Source of the DNA: Verrucomicrobiota bacterium
Lineage (GTDB): Bacteria; Verrucomicrobiota; Verrucomicrobiia; Verrucomicrobiales; DEV007
Direction: 5' to 3'
NCBI GenBank assembly: GCA_045046875.1
Contig: JASFYY010000115.1
Location: 1-60,397 of the forward strand
Length of the DNA: 60,397 bases
The position numbers were made by a program, and so were the translations under genes. Below, piece by piece: positions 53,540-60,397 of the stretch. The notes beneath the pieces are model-generated. The model did no database searches, was not told where the DNA came from, and worked only from the letters and a program-made list of their open reading frames with translations. Numbering within the stretch: the stretch's first letter is position 1; the number at the start of each line of letters is the position of its first letter.

Positions 53540-56500
53540 ATGACAACCCTCCGCCATCTCGGACTCACCGCCGCTGCGTTGCTCTTTTTTTCGCTCAGCA
53601 CCATCCACGCCCAGCAAACTTCCGCTGACTGGCAAAACATCGCCGTGCCGGGTGCGTGGGAAAACAGTGCTCTGAAAAAAACCAAAGCTTACGACGGTTA
53701 CGCATGGTACCGCACCTGGTTCATGCCGGACAACAGCTTCTTCAATAAACACGCGCGCAACCTGTTTGAAGAATCGGTCAACATCAACATCCGTGGCCTC
53801 GCCGATGCACATGAGATTTTTGTCAATGGCAAGAAAATCGGCATCGGTGGTCAAATGCCACCGCAATTCAAAAGCGGTAAGGACGAATACTACCGCCACA
53901 AAGTGCCACCTGGCACGCTCAAAAAAGGCCAATGGAACCAGATCGCTATTCGGGTGTACAACCACAGCGGTCCCGGCGGATTTGTCACCGAAGCCCCCTT
54001 CATCATGAGCTACTTCGCCGAATGCAATCTCGAAGGCCCGTGGCAGTTCCGCCTCGGCGATGATGCCTCATGGAAAGGCGACGGCAGCACTTTGAAAGAC
54101 AAACCCCCAGGCTCCGCTTTTGATCAATACCACGACTCCCAGCGGGTACTCGGTGAGTCCGCGACCCTCTCCCACGGTGACAAACTGCCGCCCGCCGAAT
54201 CTTTGAAAAAAATGCGCCCGATAGAGGCTTTCATCGTTGAAGAACTGCTGCACGAACCGGAGATCGCCCAACCCACCCACTTCAGCTTCGACGAACGCGG
54301 ACGCCTGTGGGTGGCTCAATACCGCCAATACCCCTACCCGGCCGGACTCAAAATGCTCAGCCGCGATAAATTCTATCGCTCGATTTACGACAAGGTTCCC
54401 CCCGCTCCGCCCCACAACGCCCGTGGTCGCGACATCATCTCCATCCACGAAGATACCACCGGCGACGGATTTTTCGATAAACACAAAGTCTTTCAAGACG
54501 GCCTCAACATGGCCAACGCCTCGCTGCGTGGTCACGGCGGCGTGTGGGTGATGAACACCCCCTACTTGATGTTCTATCCAGATGCCGATTTTGACGACAT
54601 CCCCGACGGCCCACCGGTGGTCAAACTGCAGGGCTTCGGACTGGAAGACACTCACTCGGTGGCCAACGGCATCGTCTGGGGACTCGACGGTTGGATCTAT
54701 GGCGCACAAGGCAGCACCACCTCCAGCCGCATCATCCGTCCCGGCATCGATCCACCGGGCAGCAAGGGGGAATACTTCGAAGGCTGCATGGTCTGGCGCT
54801 ATCACCCGCAGAGCCAGCGCTACGAAATTTTCGCCGAGGGCACCGGCAACATCTTCGGTCTCGAACTCGACGCCCAGGGCCGCCTCTTTTCCGGTCACAA
54901 CGGAGGTAATACCCACGGCTGGCATTATGTGCAAGGCGGTTATTATCTCAAGCAGGGAGTCAACCCCTCCAAAATCGGCCCGCCACGCAACCCTTACACT
55001 TTTGGTGAATTGCCCATGATGCGCAACGACAACCCGGTCGCCCGCTTCACCCACTTTGGTGCGGTCGCCGAGGGAACCGCCATTCCCGCCGAATACCTGG
55101 GAGACCTGATCTCGGTCGATCCCCTGCACAACAAAATCGTCGCCAACGAACTGCGACCACGCGGTGCCACTTTCGAGACTCTGGACAAAAAAGACATCCT
55201 GGTCAGCGAAGACAAATCCTTCCGCCCGGTTTACATCGTCAACGCTCCCGACGGCTCACTTTTTATCGGCGATTTTTACGAACACTACATCGCCCATGGA
55301 CAGAACTACCAAGGTCAGATTGATCCTACCACCGGACGTGCTTACCGCTTGCGGGGCAAGAACTCCAAGCTGGAAAAAGATATCAATCTGGAGAAAAAGA
55401 CCACCGATCAACTGATCAAGCTCCTTGGCCATGCCAACAAATGGCACCGCCACACCGCCATCCGCTTGCTCGCACAGCGCAAAGACCCGACCGCAGCTGA
55501 AAAACTCAAACAAGTGCTCGCCAGAAAAGACAGCAAGGATCTAGCTGCCATGGGCGCCGTTTGCGCACTCTATCAACTCGGAGAACTGGATGAGGGCACC
55601 GCGCAGCAAACCCTCAAGCACTCCTACCCACCCGTTCGCATGTGGACCGTGCGCCTGCTCGGTGACGCCAAGCAGCTGTCTCCCACAATGGCCACCGCCA
55701 TCACCGCCGCAGCCAAAAGTGAATCCTATGTCGAAGTACGTTCACAAATGGCTTCCACCGCCCGACGCCTGCCACCCGAACAAGGCATGCCTCTGGTCAC
55801 CGCCCTGCTCACTCACGCCGAAGACGTCAGCGACCCCTACGTCCCGCTGCTCTGCTGGTGGGTGCTGGAGAGCAACGCGGATGAAAACCGTGACGCCGTT
55901 CTGGCTCTGCTCAAAAATGCCGGCTTCTGGAAATTGCCCATGGTCAAAGAGCATATCCTGCCCCGGGTGATGCGCCGTTTTGCGCTGCAAGGTCGCCGCA
56001 AGGATTTGCTCACTTGCGCTCAACTGCTGCAACTTGCGCCGCAAAAGGAATACGCCGGCCTGCTGATGAAAGGCTTCGAAGAAGCCTACCGCGGACGCCC
56101 CATGGTTGGACTACCTGATGAACTGGTCAAAGCGATGACCGCATCCGGCATTTCCTCGCTCATCCTGCGCCTGCGGCAGGGAGACGCCGAGGCCGTCAAA
56201 GAGGCGCTGGGCATCATCGCCAACAACAAAGCCAAACAGACTGACCGCATGCTTTACATTCAGACTTTCGGGGAAATCTCCGTACCCTCCGCCGTTCCCG
56301 TGCTGCTCAAGCTGGCAACCGATCAGAAACAAAAACCCGCCCTGCGCAAAGCCTCGCTGGCTTCTCTCAGCTCTTACGCTGACAAAAATATCGGCCAGCA
56401 AGTCACCTCTCTGATCCCCAACCTGCCCGATGATATCCGCACCGCCGCCCTACTTCTATTGATCAGCCGTAATGAGTGGAGTCTCGATTTGCTAAAAAAT

Positions 56501-57100
56501 ATCGAAGGCGGAAAAATCGAAGCCAAGCTGCTCTCAAGCGACCTCATCCAACGGCTGCGCTCTTCCCAGGACAAAAACATCGCCACCACTGCCGCGAAAC
56601 TTTATCCGCAGAAAGCCAAAGCCAGCTCCGCCGACTTCAAAAACAAAATCGCCCGGATCAATAAAATCCTCTCCACCGGAGTGGGGAAAACCTACGACGG
56701 TGAAAAACTCTTCATGGGATCCTGCTCCGCCTGCCACAAACTGTTTTTCAAAGGCGGCCACATCGGCCCCGAACTGACCAACTACCAGCGCGATGACCTC
56801 GGCACCATGCTGATCAGTATCGTTGATCCCAACGCCGAGATCCGCGAGGGTTTTGAATACGTCACCCTGACCACCAAGGACGGCCGCACCCTCAGCGGCT
56901 TCCTCGCCGACCGCGACACCCAGGTCACCGTGCTGCGCGGCATGGACGACCAGGACATCACCGTGCGTCAGGAGCAAATCAAAAATATCGCCCCGATGGG
57001 CCGCAGCCTGATGCCCGAAGGCATCCTCGACGCCCTCACCGAGCAACAGATCCGCGATCTGTTCGCCTACCTGAAAGTCACCCAACCGATCAGCAAATAA
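53540..57100 (+). CDS. PVC-type heme-binding putative dehydrogenase: sugar-binding-like jelly-roll + beta-propeller + HEAT + C-terminal cytochrome c
   Basis: VPGAWE..GYAWYR..FVNGKKIG..NQIAIRVYN (GH2-N-like); QPTHFSFDERGRLWV...FRPV...GRAYRL propeller; CSACH...GPELT...SLMPEG. Start at ATG 53540. Confidence 0.9.
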   Translation: MTTLRHLGLTAAALLFFSLSTIHAQQTSADWQNIAVPGAWENSALKKTKAYDGYAWYRTWFMPDNSFFNKHARNLFEESVNINIRGLADAHEIFVNGKKIGIGGQMPPQFKSGKDEYYRHKVPPGTLKKGQWNQIAIRVYNHSGPGGFVTEAPFIMSYFAECNLEGPWQFRLGDDASWKGDGSTLKDKPPGSAFDQYHDSQRVLGESATLSHGDKLPPAESLKKMRPIEAFIVEELLHEPEIAQPTHFSFDERGRLWVAQYRQYPYPAGLKMLSRDKFYRSIYDKVPPAPPHNARGRDIISIHEDTTGDGFFDKHKVFQDGLNMANASLRGHGGVWVMNTPYLMFYPDADFDDIPDGPPVVKLQGFGLEDTHSVANGIVWGLDGWIYGAQGSTTSSRIIRPGIDPPGSKGEYFEGCMVWRYHPQSQRYEIFAEGTGNIFGLELDAQGRLFSGHNGGNTHGWHYVQGGYYLKQGVNPSKIGPPRNPYTFGELPMMRNDNPVARFTHFGAVAEGTAIPAEYLGDLISVDPLHNKIVANELRPRGATFETLDKKDILVSEDKSFRPVYIVNAPDGSLFIGDFYEHYIAHGQNYQGQIDPTTGRAYRLRGKNSKLEKDINLEKKTTDQLIKLLGHANKWHRHTAIRLLAQRKDPTAAEKLKQVLARKDSKDLAAMGAVCALYQLGELDEGTAQQTLKHSYPPVRMWTVRLLGDAKQLSPTMATAITAAAKSESYVEVRSQMASTARRLPPEQGMPLVTALLTHAEDVSDPYVPLLCWWVLESNADENRDAVLALLKNAGFWKLPMVKEHILPRVMRRFALQGRRKDLLTCAQLLQLAPQKEYAGLLMKGFEEAYRGRPMVGLPDELVKAMTASGISSLILRLRQGDAEAVKEALGIIANNKAKQTDRMLYIQTFGEISVPSAVPVLLKLATDQKQKPALRKASLASLSSYADKNIGQQVTSLIPNLPDDIRTAALLLLISRNEWSLDLLKNIEGGKIEAKLLSSDLIQRLRSSQDKNIATTAAKLYPQKAKASSADFKNKIARINKILSTGVGKTYDGEKLFMGSCSACHKLFFKGGHIGPELTNYQRDDLGTMLISIVDPNAEIREGFEYVTLTTKDGRTLSGFLADRDTQVTVLRGMDDQDITVRQEQIKNIAPMGRSLMPEGILDALTEQQIRDLFAYLKVTQPISK

Positions 57101-57103
57101 GAT

Positions 57104-58594
57104 TTATTCAGGAATCGCATTCAACGTATAAAACGCCTCGGGATGCAACAGCCCGGCACTCCCGCCTTTCGCCTTCACCCCCTCTGCATGCAACTCATGC
57201 ACATACCCTGCACGCAAACCCGCGCACTGCAACATCACGCTCATCCCGTCCGAACTCACCTTGGCATTGACGATTTCCACCTGCTGCGTCTCCAACTCAT
57301 CACCTCCATAAGCCTGCTGATAAGGATAAGTGTAACTGATCATCGCATAAGACTTCACATCCGCCGCCGACTTTGCCTCCACCGGTTTGGTAAAAGTCAA
57401 ACGAAACCCCTGCGGCTGCGCTTCCATTTTCTTGATCTCGAAAGGCATCTTGCCCGTCCACGTCAACCTCTCCAAACCATAACTGCGGGTGCCGAGCGAA
57501 TTCCATCCGCGGTTCGATTCGCCGATCACCATCGAGCCGTCCGGCAAGTATTCCATCTGCAGCACCGCGCTCTGCATGCCTTTGCGGAAATGAAAACACG
57601 CGCCCTGGTATTCCCCCTTCACTTTCTCCAAAAACACCCGGCTGATAAACGACATCGTGAACTCACCGATGAACAACTGGTCTTCAAAAGGCCCGAACTT
57701 GCCCCCCGTGCGGTCACAACGAATACCCGTCGTGCTGTTGCCCATCTTGTTATAGGGAAACCACACCGCTGGTGGCACATAAGCCTTCACCTGCTTCATC
57801 GCCTGTGCGGTGGTGATATTCTTCGGCGGTTTCACTGCCGCCCCCTTCAAGGGTGATTGCGGCCGATCCGCGTCCCTCAACGAATCCTGATGGCCATGGA
57901 AAACTCCTTTGCGTAAATGAATCAACGGCCCCGCCGCCCACCAGTTGCCCTGCTGATCCGTAGCAAACACATCACCCGCCGCATTGGTTCCCAAACCAAA
58001 GGGTGACCTGAAACCCGCACTGATGGGCTCCAATTTACCGCCGGGTTTTTGCCTCATCGACCAACCGCGCCATTGATGGTTTTCCGCTCCCTTGAACCCT
58101 GCAATTTTTTGCCCCTTGCCAATATTGATATTCAGCGTGACCCACAAATTGCCCTTGGGATCGAACACCGGCCCGTAAGCGTATTCATGGTAATTGCCCG
58201 ACACCCCCCAGCCCTTCGCCGCAGTGAGGTAGGCATCCGCCACCCCGTCCCCATCGCTGTCCTCCAAACGCGTGACTTCACTGCGTTGCGTGGTGTAGAG
58301 AGCGCCATCATGCCAGGTCAACCCCAAGGGCTCGTGCAGCCCCGAGGCAAAACGTTTCCATTGGTATTTCTTAACATCCTCGGAAGACTCACTAGGGTTT
58401 TGCAAAATCCACACCTCCCCTTTTCGAATCGCCACCGCTAGGCGTCCGTCAGGCAATACCGCCAGACCACTTGCCTCCATCTTCAAACCTGTCGGCAGCG
58501 GGTAAGGTCTCAGCTGATAATACTCGTCCTCGCCCGCTTGAGCAGCTATCCCAATCAACGCCAAATACCAACAAGTCACCCATCGCTTCACCAT
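57104..58594 (-). CDS. Exported beta-propeller protein related to PVC/sorbosone-type dehydrogenase propellers
   Basis: Signal peptide; FASGLHEPLGL, DSDGDGVAD, NYHEYAYG, GFRSP.G, DQQGNW, GKFGPF..QLFIGE; C-terminal Ig-like FRLTFTKPV. Overlaps the stop of the upstream cytochrome gene. Confidence 0.85.
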   Translation of the reverse strand: MVKRWVTCWYLALIGIAAQAGEDEYYQLRPYPLPTGLKMEASGLAVLPDGRLAVAIRKGEVWILQNPSESSEDVKKYQWKRFASGLHEPLGLTWHDGALYTTQRSEVTRLEDSDGDGVADAYLTAAKGWGVSGNYHEYAYGPVFDPKGNLWVTLNINIGKGQKIAGFKGAENHQWRGWSMRQKPGGKLEPISAGFRSPFGLGTNAAGDVFATDQQGNWWAAGPLIHLRKGVFHGHQDSLRDADRPQSPLKGAAVKPPKNITTAQAMKQVKAYVPPAVWFPYNKMGNSTTGIRCDRTGGKFGPFEDQLFIGEFTMSFISRVFLEKVKGEYQGACFHFRKGMQSAVLQMEYLPDGSMVIGESNRGWNSLGTRSYGLERLTWTGKMPFEIKKMEAQPQGFRLTFTKPVEAKSAADVKSYAMISYTYPYQQAYGGDELETQQVEIVNAKVSSDGMSVMLQCAGLRAGYVHELHAEGVKAKGGSAGLLHPEAFYTLNAIPE

Positions 58595-60397
58595 CTCACT
58601 ACCTCCTCAATCATTGCTTTCCCGTTTTTAAAATCCACATTCTGTTTTTTGCTACCTTGTTTCAGACCCAAAAAATAAATCCCTTTTCCAGTTCCCCGCC
58701 CTTTCAAAAGCAGGCGGCGTTTAAACCCTTTTTTATCAGCCAGGGGCTCCATGCGATCTTCCACCTCAATGCCCTGCCATTGATACAAAAAAGTCGGCAC
58801 CCCTTGTGAATCCAACCGGAAACCCTGCATTTTATAACCCGCTTCAGATCCCTGTGGCTCATGAGCGATCCCGCTGCTTCTTAATCCAAGCGGCATCGCA
58901 ATCGCAAAATTTTCCACCTTTTCCCCCAACGGAACCGCCGGCGTGCAATAACGGTCATCCCAGGTTCCCAAGGCATCGATGAACTTCCCTCGCCAGGCGA
59001 TTTTCCATCTCACCTCATCCGCATCAAAAGCCACATTCATTCCGCCCGGGAAACCCACTGCGATCGCCTGCGTTCCCACCCCGTCGAGAAAAGTCCTGAA
59101 CACAACCGGTAGCCCTTCTTTATCCGGCTTAACCTCATAGTCATCACTTTTCAGCAAACCGTCCGGCAGACGTCGCTGATCGATCTCTTTCAAATAGGTC
59201 CACAATTGCTCGATCTCCTGATTCGCCTTCTTGCGCTGCAAAAACATCGGCGGCATCAAGGTGCCGGGATTCGTCCCCTGCGGATCCAGCAACAGCTCCT
59301 TAAAATACTCCGGTTGCAAACGCTCAACCGTATGGGTCAAATCAATCACCGGTGCTCCCAGTGATTTCACCCCCTTCAAACCGTGACAATTCACACAACC
59401 CAAGCCCTTCTCATTGATCCCCATCAGATCCCGGCCATAATGCCCACGCTGGTATCCCGGCAAACCACTCACATCGATCTCAACCGGCGACTCCTTCACA
59501 TCCGCTTTTTCAAAAGCCGTGATCAAATGCCCCACATCCGCCTTTCTGAACTGAGGCATGCGTGTTGACACATAAGGTCTCACTTCGCCACCGTGTCCCC
59601 ACAGCATTTTTTCCATCCAGTTCCGAGTCAGCTTCCTGCCCACCAAATCCAGCGGCGGCGGAAGATTCCCCCAACGCCCCAAAGACATCGCGCCAATATC
59701 CCGCACCCCGAAAAAAGGTGCTCTCGACATCTCCGGCCCGCCCTTGCCATCCCGCGTATGACAAGCGTAACAATCATAGCGCATCATAGTATGATCAATC
59801 TGCTGCGCCAGCGATTCATCGCCCTGCTTGGACAAATTTTTCAACGCCAGTTGAATCGCCTTGATCTGCACCTGATCCAAATAGTACCACGGCACCCCAC
59901 CCGCCAAAGGCACATCCGCCAAACAACCCGTCTTCTTCACAAATTCCAGCTCTGCCAATTTTTTAGCCACTTTCACCGCCAACTTCTCAGCCCCCGGTGC
60001 CGCATGACAGGCTACGCATTTTTTCTCCAGAAAAACCTTACGCCCCTGCTCAGCCAACTTGACATCCAATTTAAAGTCATTAGCGCCATCAATCTCCGAC
60101 AACAACTCCTTCGGAATTTTTATCTGCGGCCCCGACTTCAAATAGGCAGCCAGATTAGCCGCCTCCTGTTCGCTCAATTTCATCCCCGGCATGCGACCCG
60201 AAGGACGCAAATGTTGCGGCGCCAACAAAAAACGCCCCAGCGCATCAATGCTGTAACGATCCACCTTGCTCAGTGGCACCGAAGGCAAACCCAACAACTC
60301 CAGCTCCGCCCCTTCCGGCAATCCCTGCGGACGATAATCCGTCTCCGGAGCGTGACAAGCCACACAACCGATCTCATGATACAAAACCTGCCCCGCT
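58588..60397 (-). CDS. Multiheme c-type cytochrome (5' end outside the window)
   Basis: Four CxxCH motifs in the visible part (CVACH, CVACH, CYACH, CVNCH) with RMP/LMP distal-Met motifs. The frame is open to the window edge. Confidence 0.9.
   Translation of the reverse strand, partial: AGQVLYHEIGCVACHAPETDYRPQGLPEGAELELLGLPSVPLSKVDRYSIDALGRFLLAPQHLRPSGRMPGMKLSEQEAANLAAYLKSGPQIKIPKELLSEIDGANDFKLDVKLAEQGRKVFLEKKCVACHAAPGAEKLAVKVAKKLAELEFVKKTGCLADVPLAGGVPWYYLDQVQIKAIQLALKNLSKQGDESLAQQIDHTMMRYDCYACHTRDGKGGPEMSRAPFFGVRDIGAMSLGRWGNLPPPLDLVGRKLTRNWMEKMLWGHGGEVRPYVSTRMPQFRKADVGHLITAFEKADVKESPVEIDVSGLPGYQRGHYGRDLMGINEKGLGCVNCHGLKGVKSLGAPVIDLTHTVERLQPEYFKELLLDPQGTNPGTLMPPMFLQRKKANQEIEQLWTYLKEIDQRRLPDGLLKSDDYEVKPDKEGLPVVFRTFLDGVGTQAIAVGFPGGMNVAFDADEVRWKIAWRGKFIDALGTWDDRYCTPAVPLGEKVENFAIAMPLGLRSSGIAHEPQGSEAGYKMQGFRLDSQGVPTFLYQWQGIEVEDRMEPLADKKGFKRRLLLKGRGTGKGIYFLGLKQGSKKQNVDFKNGKAMIEEVVRW

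Overview
This is a gene-dense chromosomal window of about 40 CDS from a PVC-superphylum bacterium, most likely Verrucomicrobia. The inference rests on DUF1501/DUF1549/DUF1553 proteins, Planctomycete-type cytochrome c domains, 'membrane-bound dehydrogenase' beta-propeller proteins and three Cys-type sulfatases. Recognisable genes are ychF, a PhoB/PhoR-like two-component pair, a SorAB-like sulfite dehydrogenase, an NCS2 purine permease, PhnA/YjdM, two Hsp20 genes, xylA and an M50 protease. I found no rRNA, tRNA, CRISPR array, transposase or phage gene. The most notable items are: (1) a complete five-gene exported heme/DUF1501 cassette of unknown function whose large subunits carry Ala/Lys-rich expansions; (2) a tandem active plus triad-dead Deg/HtrA pair; (3) three related beta-propeller putative dehydrogenases, each coupled to a different electron carrier (blue copper, fused heme c, separate multiheme protein); (4) an SGNH hydrolase interrupted by a single in-frame TGA; (5) a full sigma54/IHF/upstream-site layout in front of the Hsp20 pair; (6) a Pho-box-like repeat; (7) REP/REPIN-like inverted-repeat elements; and (8) several probable leaderless genes. 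All family assignments come from motif recognition by eye, not from database searches.
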